A DNA stretch of 64,000 nt from an uncultured Candidatus Rokubacteria bacterium (lineage in GTDB: Bacteria > Methylomirabilota > Methylomirabilia > Rokubacteriales > CSP1-6), in assembly GCA_963789955.1 (NCBI GenBank), contig CAWBMV010000022.1, positions 384,001 through 448,000 of the forward strand, read 5' to 3'. The position numbers and the translations under genes were made by a program. The notes beneath the pieces are model-generated. The model saw only the letters and a program-made list of their open reading frames with translations, did not search any database and was not told the origin of the DNA. Below are positions 10,592-21,101 of the stretch, piece after piece. Position 1 is the first letter of the stretch. Every line of letters begins with the position of its first letter.

Positions 10592-10755
10592 GGCCGGGCG
10601 GGCGGGCCGGGTGCGGGTGGGGTCGAGACGACCACGCGGCACGCGTGCGCTGGCCCGCGGCGGCTGGGCTCCATCTGGGCGCGCGTCGTCCGATGCGCAC
10701 GTTGGAGGGAACGGGTCGCTTCGACCCCACCCGCACCCGGCCCGCCCGCCCGGCC
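10592..10755. repeat. Perfect 35-bp inverted repeat flanking a 94-bp spacer
   Basis: 10592-10626 GGCCGGGCGGGCGGGCCGGGTGCGGGTGGGGTCGA is the exact reverse complement of 10721-10755. Confidence 0.95.
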
Positions 10756-10904
10756 CACTCGTGTTGACCGTGACGACCGGAACCGTAGCCGTGTGCCGAC
10801 TCGGTCGCGGAGTTGGCCAACGCAACTGACTCGAGGATTGCTCGGTCAGCGGAGTGAGGACAACTTGGTCTGGTCTTTGGAGCTCAGACTGTTTGGCTGG
10901 TCGG

Positions 10905-11540
10905 TCACTTGGGTTGTTGCAGGAGCCAGGTGGTGAGGGCGTTGAAGGAGGGGAAGCTGTGGTCGGGGGTGGGGCAGTGGCCGAAGCCGTAGGCGGCGTG
11001 GAGGAAGGGGACGTTGCAGTCGCGGGCCGCGGTCTGGTCGCCGGGGGTGTCGCCGACGAAGACGGGGTGACCGAGCTGGTTGCGATCGATCAGCACACGG
11101 AGGTTTTGCGGCTTGGACAGGCCGGTGTTGCCCCAGCACTCGAAGTCGCGAAAGCAGCCGCCGAGGCGGGACCACTGAAAGAACGTCTCGATGTAGCCGC
11201 TCTGACAATTGCTGACGATGTAGAGCGGATAGCGGGCGGCCAGCCGTCGGATGCCCGCATCGACGTCGCCGAACAGCTGACCGCCGAGCTCGGCGATGGC
11301 CTGGTTGTCCTCGGTCTGCGTCTCGGCGGCGAGCGTCGCGATGTGCGCCTCGTCGAGTCCGGCGAAGACCGCGCGGATACACTCGTCGTGCGGCCTCCCG
11401 GTGACGCCCCGGACGTCGTGCTCGGTGATGGTTCGGAATGGGATGCGGTGGCGCGCGAGCACGCGATTCCAGGCCACGGCGCAGCTCACGCTCGTGTCCC
11501 AGAGCGTGCCGTCGAGGTCGAACACGACCGCGTCGATCAT
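10905..11540 (-). CDS. HAD-family hydrolase (phosphoglycolate phosphatase-like)
   Basis: FDLDGTLWD, VSNCQ, K, VGDTPGD. Confidence 0.92.
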   Translation of the reverse strand: MIDAVVFDLDGTLWDTSVSCAVAWNRVLARHRIPFRTITEHDVRGVTGRPHDECIRAVFAGLDEAHIATLAAETQTEDNQAIAELGGQLFGDVDAGIRRLAARYPLYIVSNCQSGYIETFFQWSRLGGCFRDFECWGNTGLSKPQNLRVLIDRNQLGHPVFVGDTPGDQTAARDCNVPFLHAAYGFGHCPTPDHSFPSFNALTTWLLQQPK

Positions 11541-11632
11541 CGGCTTGCCGGCTTGACGAGCGTCATTTGCGCGGCATAGTGTGCCTGCATGTGATGTCGA
11601 CGGCGGCAAACAAAATTCAGGAGGATTCGACG

Positions 11633-12091
11633 ATGCGCATTCTACTCACTGTGATGCTGGCATTGCTCATGACCGTGACGGTGGCGCCCGCCCAGCAAGG
11701 TCAGCACATGACCATGACGAACGATGCGCTGAAATGGGTCGAGCCGCCGACTTTCCCGGGCGCGAAGCTGGCGATCGTGCAGGGCGATCCTGGCAAGGAA
11801 GGACCGTTCGTCTATCGGGTGAAGATGCCGGCCAACTACAAGATCGCGCCCCACTACCACAAGGCCACCGAGAACGTGACCGTGCTCTCCGGGGTCTTCT
11901 TCATCGGCATCGGCGAAAAATTCGATCAGGGCTCGGGCAAGGAGCTGCCGGTCGGCGGCTTCTTCTCCGTTCCGCCGACGCATCGGCACTTCGCGTGGGC
12001 CGGCGGTGAGGAGACGCTCATTCAGGTGCACGGCGTCGGGCCGACCGACATCACCTTCGTCAATCCCGCGGACGATCCGCGCAAGAAGTAG
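11633..12091 (+). CDS. Secreted cupin-domain protein
   Basis: Signal peptide; PHYH..E..VLSG and H.HFA cupin motifs; RBS AGGAGG; TTGACG-N18-TAGTGT upstream. Confidence 0.88.
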   Translation: MRILLTVMLALLMTVTVAPAQQGQHMTMTNDALKWVEPPTFPGAKLAIVQGDPGKEGPFVYRVKMPANYKIAPHYHKATENVTVLSGVFFIGIGEKFDQGSGKELPVGGFFSVPPTHRHFAWAGGEETLIQVHGVGPTDITFVNPADDPRKK

Positions 12092-12101
12092 GACACCTCT
12101 C

Positions 12102-12137
12102 CAGGCCGGCCGCGCCCCATCGCGGCCGGCCTGTTTT
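12102..12137 (+). terminator. Rho-independent terminator
   Basis: 13-bp stem CAGGCCGGCCGCG/CGCGGCCGGCCTG followed by TTTT. Confidence 0.8.
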
Positions 12138-12178
12138 CGGAAGGACTCCCTTTTCGGAATGCCTGCCGCTGCGTCGCG

Positions 12179-12193
12179 TGGCACGGCCCTTGC
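12179..12193 (+). promoter_or_regulatory. Sigma54 (-24/-12) promoter
   Basis: TGGCAC-GGCCC-TTGC with exact GG-N10-GC spacing, upstream of 12278 gene. Confidence 0.65.
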
Positions 12194-12277
12194 CACCATT
12201 AGTTCCTCGATCGAGAAGTCGAGCCTATACGAGGCCCGGCACGTTCAAAGTGACACCGTTGGTGACAAGGAGGGCTC

Positions 12278-12793
12278 ATGCAGCCCAGTCCGTTCAGCCG
12301 TCCTCCGCAGCCGACAACCGCGCCGATGTATGTGAGAAGCCCCACCGCTGTCGTCGAGCCGTCACGAGTCGGCCCGACCGGCGAAGCGCGGAAAGCGCTG
12401 GAACGCCGGCGCCGCATCGGTGGCCAGTGGTTCTACTGGATCGCCGGGCTCTCGCTCGTCAATGCCGCCATCGGCTTCACCGGCGGAGACTGGCGCTTCA
12501 TTCTCGGGCTCGGCGTGACCCAGATCGTTCAGGAGCTCGCGAAGTCCGGGGGCAATGGAACAACGGCCGGTCTGGTCGGCCTGGCCGTGATCGCGATCTT
12601 TGCGATCCTCGGGCAGCGCGCCGTCCTGGGGCAAGGCTGGGCCTTCGTGCTCGGCATGACACTCTATGCGCTCGACGGCGGCATCTTCGTGCTGATTCAA
12701 GACTGGGCGAGCGCCGGCTTCCATGCCTTCGCGCTCATCATGATCACGCGAGGCTACCTGGCCTCGCGGCAGCTGACGGCGCCCGGAGCGTGA
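12278..12793 (+). CDS. Hypothetical membrane protein
   Basis: WFYWIAGLSLVN followed by about four hydrophobic segments; RBS AGGAGG. Confidence 0.75.
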   Translation: MQPSPFSRPPQPTTAPMYVRSPTAVVEPSRVGPTGEARKALERRRRIGGQWFYWIAGLSLVNAAIGFTGGDWRFILGLGVTQIVQELAKSGGNGTTAGLVGLAVIAIFAILGQRAVLGQGWAFVLGMTLYALDGGIFVLIQDWASAGFHAFALIMITRGYLASRQLTAPGA

Positions 12794-12806
12794 CCGCGCC
12801 TTCGGC

Positions 12807-13294
12807 TTAGTTTCGCGAGGCGGGTGGACGGCAGCCGCGAATGCGGTGTCGTTCCTGTTCGCTCAGCGGATAGTCCTGAATCGGTCGGCGCGTCGGTGAG
12901 TCCGCGTCCCGCAGCGCTTCTTCGATGACGCCGCGGGTTCTCACGTCCGGCGCCGCGGCCAGCGCCTGACGTAAGCCCCGCTTGCCCTCTTCTCCCAGAT
13001 CAACCAGAACGTTCGCCGCCGACAGCTGCGTGACATGGTCCCGATCGGTGAGGAGCCGGGTGAGCACCGGAATGTCCTGCTCAGTCACGCAGCTTCTGAG
13101 CGCGATGAGCGTGTACATGTTCATGCCTCGCGTCATGTGCGCGAAGCCGGTGTTGCGATCGATCACGCGCTTCAGCTCGTCGTAGCGCGAGCGCTCCGCC
13201 GCCCCGCGGCGCATGGCAGCGCCGTCGCCAGCAGGAGCACCACGCAGACGCGCGCACACGACTCGGCTCGCCGCCGGGCGTGGCCCACGCGCAC
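12807..13294 (-). CDS. Hypothetical secreted HEAT-repeat-like protein, probable frameshift near 13205
   Basis: Signal-like VVLLLATALPCAAG in one frame, then helical IPVLTRLLTD...AANVLVDLG in ORF ending 12807. Confidence 0.55.
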
Positions 13295-13318
13295 CGTGAC
13301 GCGGCGGCGGCGCCGGTC

Positions 13319-14982
13319 CTAGTGGCCGCCCGCGCCGGGGCGGACCCAGCCGCCGTGAACCGGATGATGCGAGCAGATGAACTCGAGGAAGGCCGGCCGG
13401 CCCTTGGCGTTCTCGTCGAGCGCGCGCTTGATCGCCGGCATCACTTCGGCCGGCTTCGTCACGTCCTCGCTGTAGAAGCCGACGGACTTCGCCATGTTGG
13501 CCATGCACGCCGAGGCGTGATCCGACACCTTCCACGTGTACGGATCGTGGCCGCCGCCCCAGAAGCCCGGCCCGTAGCCGGAGTAGCCGCCGTTGTTGAT
13601 GTGGAGCGCGGTGATGCCGATCTTGTAGCGCGCCACCGCCTCGAAGTTGCCCATCATGTAGCAGACGCCGGCGTCGCCGGTGACGAGGACGCTCTGCCGG
13701 TCGGGAAACGCGAGCTTGGCGCCGACGGCGCCCGCCAGGCTGAAGCCGAGCGTCGACACGTTGCCCCAGCCCAGGTGTCCGCGCGGAATCTGCGCCTCGT
13801 ACACCGTGCTGGTCTGGTCGCGCGTGTTGCCCGGAGTCGGCGGTGACGAACGAGTTCTTCGGGTCGAGCGCCTTCATCAGGTCGCCGAGCACGCGGTACG
13901 GATTGATCGGCGTCTCGTTCGACTCCATCCACGGCCGGAACTTCGCAAGGAACGCCTCTTTGCCCTTGCGGATCTCCTCGACGAGCCCGGGGTTCTTCTT
14001 CGGCCCGCGCGCCGAGAGCTCGGCGATGAGCGCCTGCAAGGTGAGCTTCGCGTCGCCGACCACGGCGTGCCGTGTCTCGTAGCTCCGGTTGATGTCGAGG
14101 ATGTCGACCGTGCACTGGATGATCGTCTTCTGTTCCGGGTTCGGCACGGCGTGGCTGAACCGGTTGGGGAACAGGCTCGAGCCGATCGAGAAGAGCAGGT
14201 CACACTTGGTGAGGTAGTGATCGGCCAGCGAGCCGCGGACTCCCACCGACAGCGGATGGTTCTCGGGGAACGTGCCCTTGCCCTTCAAGGTCGTCAGCAC
14301 CGGAATCTGCGCGAGCTCGGCGAACTTGCAGGAGCTCGCTCGTCGCATCGGCGTAGTAGACGCCCTCGCCCACGTAGAGCAGCGGATCCTTCGCGGCCAG
14401 CAGGGCTTTCACCGCGGACTTCACGTCGTCCGGATCGGGACCGGACCGCCAGCCCTTCACGGGCGAGTAGGGATGCTCGTCGGTGTCGTACTCGCCGAGA
14501 TCACGCGGGATGATCAGCAGCACGGGCCCGGGCCGGCCCGACCGGAGGTGCGTGAACGCGCGGCGCACGTAGTCGGGGATGAGCTCGGCGCGATCCACTT
14601 TGCCGACCCACTTGGTGACCGACTTGAGCGCCTCGGCCATGTCGTAGTGGGTGTGGCGGCTGGCGCCCTGGCCGACGCCTTCGGTGATGACCAGGAGCGG
14701 CGACGAATCCTCCCACGCCTGCCCGATGGCGCCATAGGCCATCTGGATCCCGGCGGCGTTCAGATTGGCCATGATGGTGCACACGCCGATCTGCTTGCCG
14801 CACGTCACGCGCGAGTAGGCATCGGCGACCGCGACGGCGAACCGCTCCTCGCCCATCATGAGGATGGGCACGCCTTCTTCGCCGAGCGCGTTGTTGACGT
14901 GGTTGGTCGGGTAGCAGCTCACCCACGGAATGCCTTCGGCCTTGAGCGCGCGCGCGAAACCGTTCGCCGCTTTGACTTTCAT
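13319..14982 (-). CDS. Thiamine-pyrophosphate-requiring enzyme (acetolactate synthase-like), two frameshifts
   Basis: EERFAVAVADA, RAFTHLRSGRPGPV, TTLKGKG, TGDAG...NNG TPP motif. Confidence 0.9.
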
Positions 14983-15001
14983 CGAGGTCTCCTGGTGCTG
15001 T

Positions 15002-15050
15002 TCGCGCTGCAGGCCGTCGCGGGGCTGGGGCCCCGCCGGCCGAGGCGCGT
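15002..15050 (+). repeat. 49-nt hairpin repeat, copy 2
   Basis: TCGCGCT-GCA-GGCCG-TC-GCGGGGC-TGGG-GCCCCGC-CGGCC-GA-GGCGCGT. Confidence 0.95.
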
Positions 15051-15159
15051 TTCTAGATAGTCGATTCGGTGCCCTGTCGTACCGCGCCGACGCGTGCCGT
15101 GTCAAGGATCTCCCCGGCGCCGGCCGGCGATGGTACCGTGCACCCGAACAGGAGGCGTC

Positions 15160-15561
15160 ATGGCGACCGTGAAACTGATCGAATACGCAGAGGCGAGCGC
15201 CGAAGTGCGCGCGGTGTACGACGACATCATGGCCACGCGGAAGGTCGACCGCGTCAACAACTTCTGGAAGGCGCTGGCGAGCCATCCGCCGACCTTGCGC
15301 CGCACGTGGGAGACGCTCAAGTCGGTGATGGCGCCGGGCGCGCTCGACCCGCTGACCAAGGAGATGCTCTACCTCGCGGTGAGCGCGACGAACGGCTGCA
15401 ACTACTGCATCGCCTCTCACACGGCGTCGGCCCGGGGACGCGGCATGACCGAGGCGATGCTGGGGGAGCTGATGGCCGTCGTCGGCATGGCCAACGAGAC
15501 GAACAGCCTGGCCGACGGCTATCAGATCGAGGTCGACGAGATGTTCCGGTCCCCGGCGTAG
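15160..15561 (+). CDS. Carboxymuconolactone decarboxylase/AhpD-like protein
   Basis: KEMLYLAVSATNGCNYCIASH; RBS AGGAGG. Confidence 0.92.
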   Translation: MATVKLIEYAEASAEVRAVYDDIMATRKVDRVNNFWKALASHPPTLRRTWETLKSVMAPGALDPLTKEMLYLAVSATNGCNYCIASHTASARGRGMTEAMLGELMAVVGMANETNSLADGYQIEVDEMFRSPA

Positions 15562-15632
15562 CACCCCCGGCGCGCGTGGTAAGCTTTCCGGCACCCGAAA
15601 GCGAATTCCTCTCAGCGCGGAGAGAGACAGCC

Positions 15633-17188
15633 ATGAACGCTCGGCGTCCGCTCCCGACCCTGATCCTGATCGTGACCCTGGCTCTGCTGGTTGCCTACGT
15701 GCCGACCGCCGCGGAGGCGCAAGCGCCCGCGGGACAGATGACGTGGGCGGTGCACATCTCGCTCGCGCCGGTCTGGTTCGATCCGGCCGAACACACGGGG
15801 ATCATCTCGGTGATGATGGTCCTCACTGCCGTCCACGACGCGATGGTGAAGCCGATGCCGGGCAAGCCGTTCGCCCCGTCGCTCGCCGAATCCTGGACGA
15901 TCTCGACGGATGGTCTCGTCTACGAGTTCGTCGTGCGTAAGGGCGTCGTGTTCCACAACGGCGACGCGCTGACGGCCGAGGACGTGAAGTTCTCGTTCGA
16001 GCGGTACCGAGGCGCGGCGGCCAGTCTATTGAAGGCGAAGGTCGCGGCCGTCGAGGTGGTCGACCCATACCGGGTGCGCTTTCGCCTGAAAGAGCCGTGG
16101 CCGGACTTCATGACGTTCTACGGCTCGCCGGCCAGCGGCGCGGGCTGGATCGTTCCCAAGAAGTACGTCGAGAAGGTCGGCGACGAAGGCTTCAGGAAGG
16201 CGCCCATCGGCGCCGGCCCGTACAAGCTCACGTCGTTCAATCCCGGCGATCGAGATCATCCTGGACGCGAACGAGCGCTACTGGCGCAAGACGCCCGCGG
16301 TCAAGCGGCTGGTGTGGAAGACCGTGACCGAGGATCTGACGCGCCTGGCGATGCTCAAGCGACGGCGAGGTCGACATCGCGTACTCGCTGCGCGGCCCGC
16401 TCGGCGAAGAGGTGAAGAAGACGCCGGGCCTCAAGCTCGTCGGCCTGGTCGGCAACGCGACCCAGTGGCTCAACTTCGGCGCGCACGCAGTGGGATCCGA
16501 AGTCGCCCTGGCACGACAAGCGAGTACGGCTGGCGGCCGCGCTCGCGTTCGACAAGGACGGCATCAATCAGGCCGAGACGCTCGGCTTCTCGCGGCCCAC
16601 CGGGAGCATCATCCCGTCGGCCTACGAGTACGCGCTGGCGATTCCGGCGTATCCGTACGATCCCGGCGCGGGCGAAGAAGCTCCTGGCCGAGGCCGGGCT
16701 ATCCGAACGGCTTCGACGCGGGCGAGTACGCGGCCGACAGTTCCTACGGGAGCGTCGCCGAGGCGATCGGCAACTAGCTCGGCGCGGTGGGCATCCGCAC
16801 GAAGCTGCGGCCGATGGAGCGCGCCGCGTTCCTCGGCAACTGGAAGGACAAGAAGATCACCTCGATCATGTACTCGGGCGCGGGCGGCCAGGGCAACGCC
16901 GCCACGCGGATCCAGAACTACTTCGTCAAGGACGGCCTCTACTCCTTCGGCGGCTACCCCGACATGGACGATCTCTTCGTCCAGCAGGCCCGTGAGCTCG
17001 ACCCCAAGCGCCGCGAGGCACTCTTGCACCAGATCCAGCGCCTGGCCCACGAGCGGGTCATGTCCGCGCCGCTGTGGGAGCTGGGCTTCCTGAACGGCGT
17101 GGGCCCGCGCGTCGAGGAGTCGGGGCTCGGACTCATCGCGCTCCATCCGTACTCGGCGCCGTACGAGGACCTCAAGCTCAAGAAGTGA
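15633..17188 (+). CDS. ABC transporter substrate-binding protein, family 5; several frameshifts and an in-frame TAG at 16775
   Basis: PSLAESW, FHNGD.LTAEDVKFS, PIGAGPY, YPNGFD, PYEDLKLK; paralog of 56761-58305. Confidence 0.85.
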
Positions 17189-17208
17189 CCCGAGACCCCG
17201 GAGGCATC

Positions 17209-18153
17209 ATGGACGCGGCGCTCGAGACGAGACCTCTGCATCCACTCCTGGGCGTCGAGATCGTCGGCGTCGACGTCAACCGTCTCGACGACAGCACCTT
17301 CGCGCGCATCGTCGCCGCCTTCGAGGAGCACTCGGTGCTCCTCTTTCGCGGGCAGACGCTCGACGACGAAGCGCAGATCGGCTTCAGTGGCCGGTTCGGA
17401 CCGCTCGAGACGACGATCCGCACCGTGGTCTCGCACGCGAGATACCGTCCGGAGATCTCCAATCTCGCGAACGTCGACGCGAACGACCGGCTGATCCCGC
17501 GCGGCGACCGGCGCAACCTCTTCAACGCGGGCAATCAGATGTGGCACACCGACAGCTCGTTCAAGCGGGTGCCGGCGCACGCCTCGCTACTCTCCGGGCG
17601 CGAGGTGCCGCCCGAGGGAGGCGAGACCGAGTTCGCCAGCATGCGGGTGGCGTACGAGCGCTTGCCCGAGGCGATGCGCCGATCGCTCGAGGGCAAGGTG
17701 GCGATCCATAGCTTCGAGTACTCGCGCGGCCTGGTCGGCGAAGGGCTCCTGCCGCCCGAGGACGCGGCCCAGGTTCCGCCGGTGCCGCAGGCGCTGGTGC
17801 GCGCCAATCCGGTGAACGGACGGAAGGCGTTCTTCGTGGCCTCGCACGCCTGCGAGATCGTGGGCATGCCGACCGACGAGGCCCGCGCGCTGATCCGCGA
17901 TCTGCTCGAGCGCGCGACGGCGCCGGATCGTGTCTACACGCATCGCTGGCGGCCCGGCGATCTGGTGATGTGGGACAATCGATGTGTCTTGCATCGCGGC
18001 CGGCCCTGGAACGAGAACCGCTATCGTCGCGTGATGCATCGCACGACGGTGGCGGGCGAGGGGCCGACGGCCGGCGAGGTCGCGGGGATCCGTGTGGCCC
18101 CGGCCCGCGAGAGCGACGTCGCCTGGTGCCGCGCTCAGCTCGAGGCCAACTAG
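17209..18153 (+). CDS. TauD/TfdA family Fe(II)/2-oxoglutarate dioxygenase
   Basis: WHTDSSF, GGETEFA, WDNRCVLHR. Confidence 0.93.
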   Translation: MDAALETRPLHPLLGVEIVGVDVNRLDDSTFARIVAAFEEHSVLLFRGQTLDDEAQIGFSGRFGPLETTIRTVVSHARYRPEISNLANVDANDRLIPRGDRRNLFNAGNQMWHTDSSFKRVPAHASLLSGREVPPEGGETEFASMRVAYERLPEAMRRSLEGKVAIHSFEYSRGLVGEGLLPPEDAAQVPPVPQALVRANPVNGRKAFFVASHACEIVGMPTDEARALIRDLLERATAPDRVYTHRWRPGDLVMWDNRCVLHRGRPWNENRYRRVMHRTTVAGEGPTAGEVAGIRVAPARESDVAWCRAQLEAN

Positions 18154-18165
18154 GAGGATCTCCGC

Positions 18166-18598
18166 ATGCATCGACGGATCGATCTGAGAGCGCTCGCCCT
18201 CGGACTCTGCGCGGTCGTGATGTCGGCGGCGCCGATCGCCGCGCAGACGTCGACCGCCACGACGGACAAGTCGGCCAGCACGACGGACAAGATGACGAGC
18301 TATTCGGTCGAGAAGAAAAAAGAGGCCGTCGCCTTCGGCAAGAAGATGATGAGCGACTTCGACAAGAGCATGAAGATCGCTCGAGTCACAGGTCTCGCGT
18401 GACACGAGCGCGGCCAAGGCCGACGCGCAACGTCAGCTGAAGGATCTGAAAGCCCAGCGCGCGGAGACGGGCAAGAAGCTCGACGAGCTCGGCCGCGCGT
18501 CGGCTCAGTCCTGGGAGAGCACGAAGCACGGCTTTGCGAACGCGTACAAGGACCTGCAGCAGTCCTACGACAAGACCGTCGCCGGACTCAAGAAGTGA
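18166..18598 (+). CDS. Small secreted helical protein, frameshifted near 18375
   Basis: Signal peptide; continues in second frame ...SWESTKHGFANAYKDLQQSYDK to TGA 18596. Confidence 0.65.
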
Positions 18599-18609
18599 CG
18601 GGGGGCCCG

Positions 18610-18819
18610 ATGCGGGACAAGTGGCTACACGCGGTGGTGTCCCTGGGACTGGGTGTGGCGTTGCTCGCCGGCTGCGAGCAGAAGGGTTCCGCGGAGAAGG
18701 CCGGTCAGAAGATCGACAAGGCGGTCGAAGACACCGGCAAGGAGCTCAAGAAAGCCGGCGAGAAGGTCGGCGAGAGCCTCGAGGACGCGGGGAAGAAGGT
18801 CAAGGACGCGTCGAAGTAG
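18610..18819 (+). CDS. Small lipoprotein
   Basis: Lipobox LLAGC then EQKGSAEKAGQKIDKA repeats. Confidence 0.8.
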   Translation: MRDKWLHAVVSLGLGVALLAGCEQKGSAEKAGQKIDKAVEDTGKELKKAGEKVGESLEDAGKKVKDASK

Positions 18820-18822
18820 CGC

Positions 18823-19609
18823 CTACGAGCTCTCGATCGGCCGGCCGTGGCGGGCGATGAACTCGGGAAACGCCGCCTCGGCCTTGGCGCCTCTGACCAC
18901 GTTGGTCGTGTAGTCCCGCTCGTTCGCCCACTGCTCTTCGAGGTCGCAGCCCAGGTCGCGGAGCAGCAGCGCCTTCACGCCCATCACCGCCTCGCGCTTG
19001 TTCTTGGCGATCATCTTCGCGAGCCAGAGGGTCTTCGTCGCGCAGCTCGGCGCAGGGCACGAGATGATTGAGGAGGCCGATCCGGTGAGCCTCCTCCGCC
19101 TCGACCGTCCGGGCCGAGAACAGGAGCTCCTTGGCGATGGGCCAGCCGACCTGGTTCGGTAACGTCCAGGTGCTGTTGATTCGCCCGTAGGCGGCCGCCA
19201 GGAACCGGAAGCTCGAGTGCTCGCACCCGACCCGCATGTCGAGGGACGACGCCAGCACCGCGGCCCCGCCGTAGGCCAGGCCGTTCATCATCCCGATCGT
19301 GGGCTTGGGACAGGCGCCGATCTCGTAGCTGCCCCGGGCGCGCACGGCGGTACGCGCATCGAGCTCGGCCTGCGAATACCGCCGGTCGTCCTCGCGCTGC
19401 TCGTGGATGTCGCCGCCGGCCGAGAACGCGCGCTTGCCGGCGCCCGTGATGACGAGGCAGCCGACCTCGTCGTCGTCGGTCATTCGCGCGACCGCCTCGC
19501 GCAGCTCGGCGCTCAGCTGCGCGTTCATCGCGTTGAGCTGCTCCGGGCGATTCAGGGTGAGAATCGCCACCCCTTCGGTCTTCTCGACGAGGACGACCTG
19601 GTCCGCCAT
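18823..19609 (-). CDS. Enoyl-CoA hydratase/isomerase family, one frameshift near 19035
   Basis: LNRPEQLNA, AFSAGGD, NGLAYGG. Confidence 0.9.
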
Positions 19610-19683
19610 TGCGCGCCTCCCCGCGTCGCCCGGAGGCGACGCGGGAGGTAGCATACACCGCCGCGGAGGGTCGTCGCGCGCGA

Positions 19684-20304
19684 TCAGCGCTGGGCGGCGG
19701 TGGTTTCCGCGGCTTTTTTCTGGAGCCGCTCCCGCAGCGAGCTGTAGGACTCCGCGCGAATCACGCGGTCGAACTGGCTCCGGTAGCTCGCGATGAAGCT
19801 CACTCCCTGGACCACCACGTCGTAGATGCGCCACCGTCCATCGATCACGTGCAGACGGTAGTCGAGCGGCATCTCGGTCCCGTGTCGAGACCCCACCTTC
19901 GAGCGCACGGTCGCGGAGCCGTCGCCATCGATCGACTCGCCCAGGAAGGTGATCTGCTGACCGCCGGCGGCCTCGACCTGCGTCAGGTAGGCGCGCTCCA
20001 GCAGATCCCGGAAAAGCGTGACGAACTCCGCCTGCTCATCGGACTGGAGCGTCTGCCAGTGCCGGGAGAGCGCGCGGCGGGAGATCTCGTCGAAGTCGAA
20101 CATCTCTCGAACGATCTCGCGGATGGCCACAAATCGATCGGCCGAGATGGCGGCCCCGTCGGATCGGCCGGTTTGCATGATGTTCATGAAGCGCGCGACC
20201 GCCGCTTCGACGGCGTCACGCGGTCCAACGGTCTGTGCGGCTGGCACGGTCTCGGCTACGAGCAAGCTTGCTACGGTCAGCGCGATTGCGATCCAGGTCG
20301 TCAT
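19684..20304 (-). CDS. MlaC/Ttg2D-family periplasmic lipid-binding protein
   Basis: FDFDEISRRAL..HW, WRIYDVVVQGVS.IASYRSQF. Confidence 0.9.
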   Translation of the reverse strand: MTTWIAIALTVASLLVAETVPAAQTVGPRDAVEAAVARFMNIMQTGRSDGAAISADRFVAIREIVREMFDFDEISRRALSRHWQTLQSDEQAEFVTLFRDLLERAYLTQVEAAGGQQITFLGESIDGDGSATVRSKVGSRHGTEMPLDYRLHVIDGRWRIYDVVVQGVSFIASYRSQFDRVIRAESYSSLRERLQKKAAETTAAQR

Positions 20305-20422
20305 CGTCGTCCCCCTGAACCACCCTACGTGGCGCCGGTCCGACGACGCTATCCGGAGAACCCGCCAGGCGACGCAGGGGAAACCATGGATCCCAGCGCG
20401 GGTGGTAGCACGCGCTCGACGA

Positions 20423-21101
20423 ATGCGAGTTCTCTTGATCGAGGACGACCGGGAGGCCGCTCGACTGCTGGCCAAGGGCTTGCGCGAGGAAGGCTGGGTC
20501 GTCGACATCGCCCATTCCGGCGAGTCGGGCGACGAGATGGCCAGCGTGAACAGCTACGACGCCGTCATCCTCGACTGGCTCCTGCCGGATCGCGACGGGA
20601 TTGCGGTGTGCCGCGGCCTGCGTAAGGCCGGCCTCCACGTCCCGATCTTGCTCTTGACTGCGCGCGACGCAGTCGAGGATCGCGTCCTGGGCTTGAACGC
20701 GGGGGCCGACGACTACCTCACGAAGCCGTTCGCGTTCGCCGAGCTGCTCGCCCGGCTCCACGCGCTGCTCCGCCGGTCCGACCTCACGCGGCCGGTCCTG
20801 CTCACCGTCGCTGATCTCACGCTCGACCCGGGCAGCCACGTGGTCACCCGCGGGGGCGTCCCGCTCAGCCTCACGCCGAGGGAGTACGCGATTCTGGAGA
20901 CCCTCATGCGCCGCGCCGGCGAAGTCGTCAGCCGCGTTCACCTCGGAGAGAGCGTGTGGGAAAACGACCTCGATTCGTTCGACGAATCTGGTCGAGGTTC
21001 ACATCAGTCACCTCAGGCGGAAGGTGGATCGTGCCGGTGCGCTGCCGCTCATTCACACGGTCCGCGGCTACGGCTACCGCCTGGGACCACCGGCTCAGTG
21101 A
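20423..21101 (+). CDS. OmpR-family response regulator (CusR/CzcR-like), one frameshift near 20985
   Basis: LIEDD, ILDWLLP, GADDYLTKPF, LTPREY; C-terminal IHTVRGYGY in second frame. Confidence 0.92.

Noticed and set aside
10760..10900. Possible tRNA or ncRNA in the less GC-rich gap after the inverted repeat
   Set aside because: Only short hairpins; no cloverleaf, T-loop or CCA
16775..16777. In-frame TAG in the binding-protein gene as possible pyrrolysine or read-through
   Set aside because: Sits in an indel-rich stretch, is one substitution from TAC (Tyr), and no pyl genes are present
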